A DNA stretch of 64,000 nt. Source: a virus. Its lineage: Duplodnaviria; Caudoviricetes. Below are positions 1-9,134 of this stretch, one piece after another. A model generated the notes under the pieces. That model did not search any database and was not told the origin of the DNA. It worked only from the letters and a program-made list of their open reading frames with translations. Where the stretch lies: positions 12,904 through 76,903 of IMG/VR virus record IMGVR_UViG_3300042543_000618. One strand, 5' to 3'. The position numbers and the translations under genes are program-made. Position 1 is the first letter of the stretch. Each line of letters begins with the position of its first letter.

Positions 1-1
1 T

Positions 2-283
2 GACGATGGGCGCTACAACGCTGAGCAGATCTATAGCATCGATGACGACTGGCAGGGTAACCAACCCGAACGGGACGCCTACGCGATCGCGATTCTTTAC
101 CAAGTAGCGATGGCTTTCTACCAGGATGCCACTGATTGGACCTGGGAAATAGACACCGCCAAGCGGCTATGGATGGGCCAGCACTATACCCCGACGCTTA
201 GCCCCAACCGCCATAGCGTTGATACCGTCGCTTGGGCATTGCGCGATCGGGTGAGGCGGACAAAGCTGGGGGCAGGGCAATAA
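2..283 (+). CDS. Hypothetical protein, 3' part (5' end outside window)
   Basis: Frame 2 open from position 2 (DDGRYNAEQIYSIDDDWQ...) to TAA at 281-283. Confidence 0.6.
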   Translation, partial: DDGRYNAEQIYSIDDDWQGNQPERDAYAIAILYQVAMAFYQDATDWTWEIDTAKRLWMGQHYTPTLSPNRHSVDTVAWALRDRVRRTKLGAGQ

Positions 284-314
284 AAAACCCCAGCCATGGG
301 GAGGGCGGCGGGGT
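282..314 (-). terminator. Probable intrinsic terminator for the 329-877 gene pair
   Basis: ACCCC-AGCC...GGC-GGGGT stem preceded by an A-tract on + (U-tract on -). Confidence 0.5.
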
Positions 315-328
315 GGTGGTGTAGGACA

Positions 329-589
329 CTAAGGGCTTATCAGGCTTTGAAGCTTATACTTGACATCTTTTTGTCCCGCCCTGAAGCCCAAATGATAAGC
401 ATTGTGCGCTAATCTCAGCGCCTGCTTAATGTCTTCTTCTGTCCAAGTAGCCGGGACTCGCGCCAGCTCATCGCCTTCACTGCTCCAGTCCAACACAACG
501 CTTTGATCTTCTCGACCTGAGTCGTAATCTCTAGCATTCACTATCTGGAGATCTTCTAAGTCAGGCCAGCTTGAAAAAGGTGTTTGCAT
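329..589 (-). CDS. Small hypothetical protein, paralog of 632-877
   Basis: 86 aa; C-terminus AYHLGFRAGQKDVKYKLQSLI resembles VWKLGFEAGQQDVHHQLRKLI. Confidence 0.75.
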   Translation of the reverse strand: MQTPFSSWPDLEDLQIVNARDYDSGREDQSVVLDWSSEGDELARVPATWTEEDIKQALRLAHNAYHLGFRAGQKDVKYKLQSLISP

Positions 590-631
590 AATTTGTTTCC
601 TTCACTGCAAGCGACTCAATACTTATCCTTG

Positions 632-877
632 TCAACTGCCAATCAATTTCCGTAGCTGATGGTGGACATCTTGCTGTCCTGCCTCAAATCCAAGCTTCCA
701 CACTCCTTCTAGCCTAAGGGCGACTGACCAAATATGCTCGTTAGACATTTCACGGGGAAATACAAACAACACGGTGCCGTCGCAGTCAACCAATACCTTA
801 GGGTTTACAGAAGAATATCCATAATCTTTGCCGTCTTCAATTGTTAACTCATGATGGCCTTCAAACGGGTTACTCAT
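632..877 (-). CDS. Small hypothetical protein, paralog of 329-589
   Basis: 81 aa; GAGG RBS; downstream of the promoter at 908-936. Confidence 0.75.
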   Translation of the reverse strand: MSNPFEGHHELTIEDGKDYGYSSVNPKVLVDCDGTVLFVFPREMSNEHIWSVALRLEGVWKLGFEAGQQDVHHQLRKLIGS

Positions 878-907
878 TGGTCTGTCCTCTCTGCCGTGTA
901 CATTTAC

Positions 908-936
908 ACTCTATCAATCCCTTATCGTATTGTCAA
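908..936 (-). promoter_or_regulatory. Sigma70-type promoter
   Basis: Minus strand TTGACA-17 nt-TAGAGT; near-identical copy at 20715-20743. Confidence 0.75.
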
Positions 937-990
937 CACTTTTCGATAGTGATTTTACAATGGGGTTGGGCATTGCGCGATCGCGGGGAG

Positions 991-1028
991 GATCAACTAT
1001 AGTTGATCTACGGATCTACGGTAGATCC
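991..1028. repeat. Two adjacent palindromes upstream of terS
   Basis: GATCAACTATAGTTGATC (991-1008, perfect) and GGATCTAC-G-GTAGATCC (1012-1028). Confidence 0.8.
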
Positions 1029-1045
1029 ATTAACGCTACAAGCCT

Positions 1046-1501
1046 ATGCCTGCTAAGACTCCAGAGTTGATCCAAGCCAGAATTAAGAAGCTCTATGCTG
1101 AGTCCGGCAATACGATTGAGGATATTGCCCAGATTTGTGGCGTCTCCACTGGCACCGTTAAGCGGGTAGTCAAAGACGGCAAGCTGAGCCGGACCCCTAC
1201 CCGCAGCGCTAATCAGGTGGTCGCTGACGCGATCGCGGCGGGGGCGAAGGTTACCATCGATGGCCTCGACGTAAATGACTACATGACCCGCACTATCAAG
1301 ACCCTGGCGGGTGCAGTCAACGAGGCAGAGGCCAAGTCCCTGGAGGGCGTAGCTACGGCGCTGGCTAGGTATCTGCAGCTATACCGGGAGATGAACCCGA
1401 CCACGCTGGAGGAAGCAACGATCGCGCTACTGAACCGACCAGACTTTGACGCGCAAGCCTTCCACCGCATCCTACAACGCCATGCAGAGAAAGCAGGGTA
1501 A
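1046..1501 (+). CDS. Probable terminase small subunit (N-terminal HTH)
   Basis: TIEDIAQICGVSTGTVKRVV HTH; directly upstream of and overlapping terL. Confidence 0.7.
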   Translation: MPAKTPELIQARIKKLYAESGNTIEDIAQICGVSTGTVKRVVKDGKLSRTPTRSANQVVADAIAAGAKVTIDGLDVNDYMTRTIKTLAGAVNEAEAKSLEGVATALARYLQLYREMNPTTLEEATIALLNRPDFDAQAFHRILQRHAEKAG

Positions 1502-3353
1502 CGCGATCGCGCTATTGGAGCTAATGAGCCAGGGCCAGGAACCAACGGCGGGTGACTCCCCCTGGCTAGAGAACCCCTTACCCCTAGCTGAGTTCTGCCG
1601 CGCCTACCTGGACGTTACCCCTTGGGATATTCAGCAACAGGATTTAAGCCAGTTCCTAGGTACAACGGCGGCGGATGCTAAAGCACTATTTACCCAAGAC
1701 CCGCCGACCCTTTACAATTGTGGCATTTTGTGTTATGGCAAGGGAGCGGGCAAGGATACCCTAGCCTCCGTCTGCCTTGTGTGGTTTGCCCATGTGCTGC
1801 TATGCCTGAGAGACCCCCAAGACTTTCTAGGACTTGCCCCCCAGGAACCCATTGATATTGCTCTAGCTTCACCTACCCTGCGCCAGACGCGGCGGGTAAC
1901 CTTCACCAAGCTAAAGAACCGACTGCGGACCTGCACCTGGCTAAAAAGCTACCTAGCGCGTTCAGAGTTTGCGATCGCAGACGTTGACCGGTATATCAAA
2001 AAAGCAACTGACGCGGCGGACTATATTGAACTACCCCACAATATTCGGATCCACAACCTACCGCTGATTAGCAGTAGCGCAGAGGGGTTTAACCTACTGG
2101 CATTCGTGATTAGCGAGTTTGCAGGGCTAGAGTCAGAAGCCCAGGGGGCCACGGCGGAGGCATTGTTCAATACCTTTGTCACCTCCTGCCGCACCCGCTT
2201 CAGAAAGGCATGGAAAGGTTTTCTAACCAGCTTTCCGCGTAGCGTATCGGACCCGCAGGAACAGTTGATTGAAGCCCACCAGGAGGGACGGTTCCCTGAA
2301 CTATTTGTGGTGCGTCGCCCCACCTGGGAAGTCGTGCCCCACCTGGAGTACAAAGACTTTGAAACTGAATTTATCAGAGACCCAGAAGGATCGGCGGCTA
2401 AGCTAGCGGCCCAACCTCGGGCGGCGACTGAAGCCTACTTTAGATCGCCTGAACTAATTGTCCGTCATGCCAGTGGGGGGACATCCGACCTACTGAAGCG
2501 CTATGGCGTGACGGGTAGCGATCGCAGCCCTGACCCCATCCTAGAGCGCGACCTATTTGGTGACGTGGTACTGGATAGCTATGGCTTTCCGATGCTAGCC
2601 AACTGGTTCAAGGGCAAGCCCGAACGCGAGTATTACATTCATATCGACCTGGGGCTATCGGGTGATAGTGCCGGGTTTGCCATGGCCCACCTGGAGCCGG
2701 TGGGCGATCGCGCGGACCGACTGATACCGGCATTGGACCTATCCTTTCGTTGGAAGGCGGCCCACTTTACCGGACGCGGCCAGTTGCAGCGCATTAACTG
2801 GGAGGGCGGCGATTTCACAACTGTGGACATCCGCCAGGCGGAGATAGACTTGCAGACACCGGTGGAATTTGTATTGCTGCTGAGCAAGCGGCTAGGGTTT
2901 GCGATCGCGCGGGTGACGTTCGACCAATTCAATAGCGCTACGGCTCGACAGCTGCTATACCACTATGGCGTTAGCAGCCAGAATTTTTCGGTGGACCGTA
3001 ACCCAGGTTATTACGATGAACTAAAGGCGCTTATTTATGCCAGACAGTTGGTGTACCGCATCGACCCGATCCTGTTCGGGGAATTGCGGAAATTGGTGAG
3101 GCTATCGACCGGACGGATTGATGCCCCCCGTACCGCCTTAGGTAGTGACGTGGATAGCCATAAAGATATTGCCGATGCAGTAGCGTCGGTCGTGGGGGCA
3201 CTGTGCAAGCTATCAGCCGCCTCCGGTGAGTTCTATAGCCTGCCAGAGCCAGAGGTGGTAGAAGAGGGCACAGAAGAGCCCTCAGGGCCGATAGAGCTTG
3301 GGTCTGACTACAGCAAGACCCAGAGCGAAATTATGAAGGAGTTTTTTGAATAA
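1482..3353 (+). CDS. terL: Terminase large subunit
   Basis: Walker A GKGAGKDT; Walker B-like FVISEF; RNase H-type nuclease YIHIDLGLSGD...TFDQFNS...HKDIADAVA; ATG at 1482 preferred over TTG at 1446. Confidence 0.88.
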   Translation: MQRKQGNAIALLELMSQGQEPTAGDSPWLENPLPLAEFCRAYLDVTPWDIQQQDLSQFLGTTAADAKALFTQDPPTLYNCGILCYGKGAGKDTLASVCLVWFAHVLLCLRDPQDFLGLAPQEPIDIALASPTLRQTRRVTFTKLKNRLRTCTWLKSYLARSEFAIADVDRYIKKATDAADYIELPHNIRIHNLPLISSSAEGFNLLAFVISEFAGLESEAQGATAEALFNTFVTSCRTRFRKAWKGFLTSFPRSVSDPQEQLIEAHQEGRFPELFVVRRPTWEVVPHLEYKDFETEFIRDPEGSAAKLAAQPRAATEAYFRSPELIVRHASGGTSDLLKRYGVTGSDRSPDPILERDLFGDVVLDSYGFPMLANWFKGKPEREYYIHIDLGLSGDSAGFAMAHLEPVGDRADRLIPALDLSFRWKAAHFTGRGQLQRINWEGGDFTTVDIRQAEIDLQTPVEFVLLLSKRLGFAIARVTFDQFNSATARQLLYHYGVSSQNFSVDRNPGYYDELKALIYARQLVYRIDPILFGELRKLVRLSTGRIDAPRTALGSDVDSHKDIADAVASVVGALCKLSAASGEFYSLPEPEVVEEGTEEPSGPIELGSDYSKTQSEIMKEFFE

Positions 3354-3555
3354 CCTCGCCGTCGATAAGGCTTAATTCAGCCCTGGCAAGCCGCTCTATA
3401 AATTCAGAACGAGATAAGCCTGCCTGCGCCGCCAGGGTGTTGAGGATAGCCCACGCGGTAGGCGTCAAGCTAAGCTGTCCCCGCTTCTTGTGTTCTTCGT
3501 AAAAGGACTGCTTGGGTGTCAAGTTGTCCAAGCAAGCCTGGGGACGCCAAGCCAT
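3331..3555 (-). CDS. Ribbon-helix-helix (CopG-like) regulator
   Basis: KKRGQLSLTPTAWAILNTLAAQAGLSRSEFIERLAR pattern; divergent from the recombinase. Confidence 0.75.
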   Translation of the reverse strand: MAWRPQACLDNLTPKQSFYEEHKKRGQLSLTPTAWAILNTLAAQAGLSRSEFIERLARAELSLIDGEVIQKTPS

Positions 3556-3701
3556 AATGCCTCCGGTTCTATTTGTGTATATCTTACGATAACACTTCAG
3601 TTTAAGCTAGCTGCGCCATAGCTAGAACTCTGAGCAATTCTCACCATGGCACCTCCCTTTAGAGGCGACGTAGTACGCTGAAATTGGAGAGGGGATTGAC
3701 C

Positions 3702-5042
3702 ATGGCACACTATCAACTTTGCTACGGGCGGGTATCGACTGAAGAGCAAAGCCTGGAATTACAGGTGCAGCAATTCCAGCAACAGCTTGAGTTTGATGAA
3801 CTGTTTGCTGAAAATTTGTCAGGGCGTAGGCGCGATCGCCCTGAATTTTTGCGCATGGTAGAACGGGCATTAGACCTCCGTGGTCAACGTCATCAAGTTA
3901 CAGTATGGGTCATCGAGTGGACGCGGTGGGCACGGGATACGGTTTATTCGATGGAAAGCTTGGCCCAATTGGAAGCGGCGGGCGTACAAGTGAAGGAGCT
4001 AACCACCGGCCAGGAGATCACGCTACAGACCGCCTCAGGGCTGCTCACCACTGGCGTTAAGTCGCTGATGGCGCATTATTACTCAGTAGAACTAGGCGAG
4101 CGCATCCAGCGTGCCTATGCCCAGATGAGGCGGCAGGGGCGCCCCATGTGTGGCCCGCCTCCCTTCGGCTACCAGCGATCGCCGGATGGTAGCCGCTATG
4201 AACCGGGGCCAGAGTGGGCAAAGGCAAGGGCGGCGATAGAATTTTACCTAGAGCACGGCAACCTGATGGCATTGTCAGCCCACATGGAGGGGCGCTACGG
4301 GTTTTATAAGTCGCGGGCGGGTTGGCGGTGGTGGCTACGTAGCGCGGCGCTACGAGGGCATTTGCACTATGCCAAAACTGATGAGTGGCGCTACAACACC
4401 CACCCGGCACTGATCACCGAAGAAGAGTACAAGCGTATTGAATACCTGATTAGCCTCAACCGTCAGTTGCGCGGCAACAATCAAGGACGCATCCATGCGG
4501 TGCCGCCTATTGTGTCCTGTGTTTGTGGCTGCCGGTGCCGTGCGCTTATCCGCCGGGGCCATCGCTATTTTGCCTGTGCGGCCAAAGCTGACTACCATGA
4601 CCGGGAATGCTCCTACACCCGTTCTTGCCGCCAGGATGCCATTGAAGCAGCCATTCAGGAGGCGTTGGTAGAGGCCGCTGAAGCGATCGCGGCGGATATG
4701 CTACAGCCCTCGACGGTGAACCCGCAGGCGATCGCGTTGGAGCGGGAACTAGAAGCACTTCGTCCTTTGGCGCACCGGGCGGCGATCGCCGAAGAAATTG
4801 CTGCCATCGAGGCGGAGCTACAAACCTTAGCTGGGATGGCAAGCCATGTCAGTGCTAACCAGCAAGAGCTACGGGAAAAAACAATGGCGATCGCGCAGGC
4901 GGACCTGAACCTATTGCCGGTGGTAAGGCGCCGGGAAATCTACGCGGAATTGGTGGAGCGGGTGATCATGCAAGGGAAAGAAGTAGTGGAGGTGCGGCTA
5001 AAGTTTATTGGCAATAAGCAACCGTCAGACAGCAGGTTCTAG
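3702..5042 (+). CDS. Large serine recombinase (integrase), XisF-like architecture
   Basis: YGRVSTEEQS catalytic motif, GPPPFGY recombinase domain, Cys-rich zinc ribbon (CVCGC...YFAC...C), coiled coil. Confidence 0.92.
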   Translation: MAHYQLCYGRVSTEEQSLELQVQQFQQQLEFDELFAENLSGRRRDRPEFLRMVERALDLRGQRHQVTVWVIEWTRWARDTVYSMESLAQLEAAGVQVKELTTGQEITLQTASGLLTTGVKSLMAHYYSVELGERIQRAYAQMRRQGRPMCGPPPFGYQRSPDGSRYEPGPEWAKARAAIEFYLEHGNLMALSAHMEGRYGFYKSRAGWRWWLRSAALRGHLHYAKTDEWRYNTHPALITEEEYKRIEYLISLNRQLRGNNQGRIHAVPPIVSCVCGCRCRALIRRGHRYFACAAKADYHDRECSYTRSCRQDAIEAAIQEALVEAAEAIAADMLQPSTVNPQAIALERELEALRPLAHRAAIAEEIAAIEAELQTLAGMASHVSANQQELREKTMAIAQADLNLLPVVRRREIYAELVERVIMQGKEVVEVRLKFIGNKQPSDSRF

Positions 5043-5888
5043 CGATACAGTAACGCCTGACTGGCGATCGGGGGTAAGCTTTAGCCAGACGCCGCCGAGG
5101 CTTTTCGGCATGACAATGCGCTCCACCGCCCAGCCATTACCGCCTTCAAATTCTTCTTTGTAGGTGCCGGTCTGTACATGGTATCGCGGGGTTACCTTTA
5201 CCTTGCCGGTCTCCGCCAAGCGATAGCAAGGGTGGCTGACAATGCTGCGTTCGTGGTTATGGCCATTGACGATAATATCGGCATCTGGGGCGATACTGGC
5301 GTAGCGACCGCCGCCCATGGTGCCCTTGGTGATGATGCCGCCCCAGGCGCCATGGTGAAAAAACAGGGTGCAGCGTCGCACCTTCTCAACGCCATTGCCG
5401 CGCTGCTTGTAGAACACAAAGCGCACCCAGCCCTGGTAACCCATGTGCTCAGTAACCGCCTTATGGCGATCGCGCATCTGCTGCACTACGTTAGCGAGTG
5501 GGTCCACCTCCTGGTGGTTGATGATGGCAGTTTCGTGGTTGCCATTGCCCATCATTAAAATTTCTTTGCCGTAGGGGCCAAGAATATCGGCAGACTCCTT
5601 GAATACCAAGTCAAAATAATTGGCCCCCTGGTGCTCGGGGCGAATACTGGCCTTGCTGCCCCGCTTGTCGCGTTTGCCCTGCATCAGGCATAGCACGTCG
5701 CCAAAAAATAAGGCCCTGCCACCCAGAGCCTTCATTTTATCGAGGTGAGAGAAGAATAGCTTGCGATCACATTTTGGGTTATCCAGGTGAATGTCGCTGG
5801 CCAGCAAAAAGTGCTGGGTCTCCTCCCCGGTGTAGCGCATCCGGATTTCGAGAAGTTCATCTGATAAGCGCTTTACGTCAATGTCCAT
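5025..5888 (-). CDS. Calcineurin-like metallophosphoesterase
   Basis: SDIH, FGD, GNHE, HHG and GHNH motifs. Confidence 0.85.
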   Translation of the reverse strand: MDIDVKRLSDELLEIRMRYTGEETQHFLLASDIHLDNPKCDRKLFFSHLDKMKALGGRALFFGDVLCLMQGKRDKRGSKASIRPEHQGANYFDLVFKESADILGPYGKEILMMGNGNHETAIINHQEVDPLANVVQQMRDRHKAVTEHMGYQGWVRFVFYKQRGNGVEKVRRCTLFFHHGAWGGIITKGTMGGGRYASIAPDADIIVNGHNHERSIVSHPCYRLAETGKVKVTPRYHVQTGTYKEEFEGGNGWAVERIVMPKSLGGVWLKLTPDRQSGVTVSLEPAV

Positions 5889-5985
5889 CTCTCTAACGAG
5901 AGTGCATAGCCCCAGTCTATCGGATGTCACAAATAATTAACAAAACGCCACGGGATGCCCATGGCGCTTAATGTTAGTCACCTGT

Positions 5986-6153
5986 CTATGCCGCCTCTTT
6001 CAACGGCCTCAATAACTTCTCCGCCAGTTGTCGCACTTTAGGGGGTGCATCCGGCATTTTTAACACCGCCTCGGCAAGTTGATAGGCAACTTGTTTTTCC
6101 TGCTTGGTTAGCGCGATCGCTAACTCAAGGTTCTGTTTTACCTGGGGGCTCAT
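5986..6153 (-). CDS. Small hypothetical protein (55 aa, not in ORF track)
   Basis: MSPQVKQNLELAIALTKQ...KEAA; ATGA overlap with the upstream gene. Confidence 0.55.
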   Translation of the reverse strand: MSPQVKQNLELAIALTKQEKQVAYQLAEAVLKMPDAPPKVRQLAEKLLRPLKEAA

Positions 6154-6395
6154 AGCTGTTCCTCTGTTTGGGATAGCACCGACTCAGCCAGCTTGCGTTG
6201 ATCCGCGGTAGATTCAGTGTCACCAGCATCAGCCAAAGCCAAAGCCAGTGCAGTGATCAAGTTGTCCAAGCTAGAAACCTCTCCCACAGGCTCTAATGCT
6301 TGTGCTAACGGGCTTTTCCACAAAATGAGACAAGTCAATGCCTGGGTCAAAATTTCACCAGTAGTAGGGCTATTAATCTGTTTTTGGAAGCTCAT
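6150..6395 (-). CDS. Hypothetical protein
   Basis: Translationally coupled member of a minus-strand operon. Confidence 0.55.
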   Translation of the reverse strand: MSFQKQINSPTTGEILTQALTCLILWKSPLAQALEPVGEVSSLDNLITALALALADAGDTESTADQRKLAESVLSQTEEQL

Positions 6396-6613
6396 GGCTG
6401 CTCCTCCACCTGAAACACATCCCCAAAAACAGCCTGCAAATACACCCGGGCCAACTCAGGATCACCTGAATTGCTACCCTGCAACAAAAACATAGCGAGA
6501 GCGGCGTTGACGACGCGATCGCAGTCCCACTCCCGGTGGCTATCGAGGTAGGCCGCGATCGCGGCGGCCACTGGTGGCTTAACGTCTGCCACCATTGAAA
6601 TTGGTTCATTCAT
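6392..6613 (-). CDS. DUF2811-like cyanobacterial small protein
   Basis: YLDSHREWDCDRVVNAALAMFLLQ pattern. Confidence 0.65.
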   Translation of the reverse strand: MNEPISMVADVKPPVAAAIAAYLDSHREWDCDRVVNAALAMFLLQGSNSGDPELARVYLQAVFGDVFQVEEQP

Positions 6614-7131
6614 GCCGTCACCTCAGCATGAATGGACTTGTAGCCGTTGCAAGACAGGTGAGCCTGCCATAGCTGCCGGTAGGGCACCGTACACCGTTGA
6701 GAGGCACAGAACCGGCCCTGGCTGTCTCCGTCACCAGAGTAGACACAGGTGGGACAACCTTTGCCGACCGCCATGGGTTGACGGCTGACGGTATCGATGA
6801 AGTACTCATCAGCCTCCGCCAGAGTGCGGAATAGGCGGCTATAGCCGGTACATTCAAACTTAAAACGGTAAGTGGCCACTGTCCGCCCCAGGGGAGCGAA
6901 ATAACCAAAGTAGCCGTAATCGGCATAGGTATTTTGAAGCCTGCCGTAGTCATAGCCTGCTTGATAATCAGCCAAAATTTTCCGCACCAACACCTTGGTT
7001 AGGGGACGCTGGGCTTGTTGTACTTCTTGGGCGGCTAAGGCAGCGATCGCCAACAGGCTATCGTAAGGCACGCCCTTAAAAGCAGCATGGGTGGCCACTT
7101 GGGCCAATTTATCTGGAGTAAGTGTAATCAT
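6610..7131 (-). CDS. Hypothetical protein with Cys-rich C-terminus
   Basis: 173 aa coupled ORF; CPTC...C...C. Confidence 0.6.
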   Translation of the reverse strand: MITLTPDKLAQVATHAAFKGVPYDSLLAIAALAAQEVQQAQRPLTKVLVRKILADYQAGYDYGRLQNTYADYGYFGYFAPLGRTVATYRFKFECTGYSRLFRTLAEADEYFIDTVSRQPMAVGKGCPTCVYSGDGDSQGRFCASQRCTVPYRQLWQAHLSCNGYKSIHAEVTA

Positions 7132-7430
7132 AAAAAACTCTCCACAACGGATTGAAATTTGCGGTCAAGTGCCTCTAATGCCTCGTAGGACATCAGCGAC
7201 AGTTGACCCATGGGGGATGTACCCTGCAGGCGTTGGATAGCTTCTTCCTCGCTTACACCGTCCTCAAGGACAATGGAGCGCACGGCTACCCGGTAGATGT
7301 AACCTTCTACCTTGGCGCGGTCTTGATTAAACAATTCCAGTGTCATCTTAAAATTGCACTGGATACGCGCCAAAAAAACGTCAATGCAGTCCACTGGCGG
7401 CCTCCAGGCGATCGCTAAAGGCAGCCTCAT
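7128..7430 (-). CDS. Hypothetical protein
   Basis: Coupled ORF in the operon; start uncertain. Confidence 0.5.
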   Translation of the reverse strand: MRLPLAIAWRPPVDCIDVFLARIQCNFKMTLELFNQDRAKVEGYIYRVAVRSIVLEDGVSEEEAIQRLQGTSPMGQLSLMSYEALEALDRKFQSVVESFL

Positions 7431-7469
7431 CTAACGCCTGTCCTAACATGACTGGCACCATAACATCGC

Positions 7470-7880
7470 CTATGCTAGAAAACCCTCCCACCCGGGTAGT
7501 GGGTAGTTTGCCCTCCCGGTGAAATTGGGCAAATTAGCCTTTAACTTTTGCTTGGCTAGTTGCTGAGCCGCAATGTAAGCGTCTTTCTCGCGATCGCTCA
7601 TATCGGCATATCGCTTGTAACCACTAGGCACCGCTGAAGCCTTACGCTCTAACTCCTGGCGCACCAGTTGCTTGACGCTGGCCAGTAATTGAGCCGGGCT
7701 TAAAAACGGCTCAGCATAAGCTTTGCCAAACAACTTAACCAGCTCATCAAGCGAACATTGGCGGCAATAGTCAAACAATCGTTCCATGGCATCGTCATCA
7801 AGCCGAAACTTGCTGCCATGCCAGGTTTGCATTTCCTCCATCAAGGACCGTAGCCCTTCCATGGTTAACTCATCGTCCAT
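7470..7880 (-). CDS. Hypothetical protein downstream of the replication initiator
   Basis: 136 aa; position typical of a helicase loader/inhibitor, but no diagnostic motif. Confidence 0.6.
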   Translation of the reverse strand: MDDELTMEGLRSLMEEMQTWHGSKFRLDDDAMERLFDYCRQCSLDELVKLFGKAYAEPFLSPAQLLASVKQLVRQELERKASAVPSGYKRYADMSDREKDAYIAAQQLAKQKLKANLPNFTGRANYPLPGWEGFLA

Positions 7881-7918
7881 TGGTTCCCCCGTACTAGATG
7901 TTTATTTACACTAGCATC

Positions 7919-7935
7919 GCTTAGAGCAAATATGC
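7919..7935. promoter_or_regulatory. Operator-like site 1 (consensus GCTTA-NN-GCA-NN-TAAGC)
   Basis: GCTTAGAGCAAATATGC; related sites at 52925, 58192 and 59587. Confidence 0.55.
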
Positions 7936-7945
7936 AACAGCTAGG

Positions 7946-9133
7946 CTAAAAAATAGCGCCGCTCATCAGGCGATCGCGTTCCTGCCTTAGGAATGCGGCA
8001 TAGTCAGCGGAGTCCTCCGGCCCTAGCTGGGTTGATAGTTGCTTGCCGGTGCGGGCTTGCCAGTCCTCCGGCAATAGCACCGTCCGCCGTAGCTCCATCA
8101 GCAACCCCGTAATTTCTACCTGCCCATCGCGTTTTGCTTGGGGGCGAGCGGGTGATTGGAATGCAGGGGCAGGCTGCGATCGCTTGTCGTCCAAGGCACT
8201 CTCCCATAGTCGGCCAGACAAGAAGCGACAGCAATGGGGAGCGCCATAAACCTTGCCTTTGGCTTTCATCATTCGCAGGGTAAGCTCAAACCACGCCTGA
8301 GTGCCGTCTAGAATCGCCTCTAAAGGCACTCCAGAGGCTATCAGGCTGTCCCATACCTTAATCGCTTCTGGGCGCTTCTGGGTGACCCAGACGTTGCTTT
8401 CAATCGCCTTTAGGTGATCGCGGTAGTCATTCCAAAATTTCGCGAAGGCTTCTGGATGGTGTTGGGCTTCGGTTTTGGTTTTGCCGCCGGCGGCAGATTT
8501 TTTTCTTGTCCGGGATTTCGGCTGAGAACTAGATTTCTCTGCCTGGCTATCCAGAGGGGTAACGATATCGGCTTCCTGTTTAGCCGGTTCGAGTTCTTTG
8601 GTTTTTGAGATGGAAGCGCGATCGCGTAGCGCGTCAGCGCTACAAAGCGGTTCGATGTCCGGACACTCAGGTATAGAACTTTTTAATAGATCTTGATCGA
8701 TCTCCGGATCTGAATCTGGATCTGTATCTGTATCTGTATCTGGGGGCGTTGCATTAACGTTACTGAAACGTTTCACTCCCGTTTCTTTTGTCGTAGCTGT
8801 AGCTAAACGCTTTTGTTCACGGTGCTTTCGCACTCTTTCGGTGGAGTTGTCAGATTCAAACTGGCGTCTTGCCCAATGGGTGATCTTGATTCCCGTCTCA
8901 TCCCAATCGATCATGCCTTTTACTTTGAATTTAGCTTTTAAGGTTTGCCAGTCCTCGACCGGCATTCTGATTTGGTAGGCAATTTCTTCGTCGGTCAGGT
9001 TGTCAATCCTTCCTCGTTCTGAATTGTCTGAAGCAAGGCATAGGAGGATGATGAAAGCCCACTGGTGGTGAGGGGTCATCAATGACAACTTGGGGTCGCA
9101 TCTAAATTCACTGTAAAAACGAAACCATTGCAT
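7946..9133 (-). CDS. Phage replication initiator (replisome organizer-like)
   Basis: MQWFRFYSEFRCDPKL N-terminus, STERVRKHRE, DTDTD linker, FAKFWNDY...FLSGRLWE C-terminal domain. Confidence 0.8.
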   Translation of the reverse strand: MQWFRFYSEFRCDPKLSLMTPHHQWAFIILLCLASDNSERGRIDNLTDEEIAYQIRMPVEDWQTLKAKFKVKGMIDWDETGIKITHWARRQFESDNSTERVRKHREQKRLATATTKETGVKRFSNVNATPPDTDTDTDPDSDPEIDQDLLKSSIPECPDIEPLCSADALRDRASISKTKELEPAKQEADIVTPLDSQAEKSSSQPKSRTRKKSAAGGKTKTEAQHHPEAFAKFWNDYRDHLKAIESNVWVTQKRPEAIKVWDSLIASGVPLEAILDGTQAWFELTLRMMKAKGKVYGAPHCCRFLSGRLWESALDDKRSQPAPAFQSPARPQAKRDGQVEITGLLMELRRTVLLPEDWQARTGKQLSTQLGPEDSADYAAFLRQERDRLMSGAIF

Positions 9134-9134
9134 G

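Noticed and set aside
3556-3701. Specific attP sequence for the serine recombinase
   Set aside because: Only a short CCATGGCAC repeat and weak symmetry; not enough to call a site
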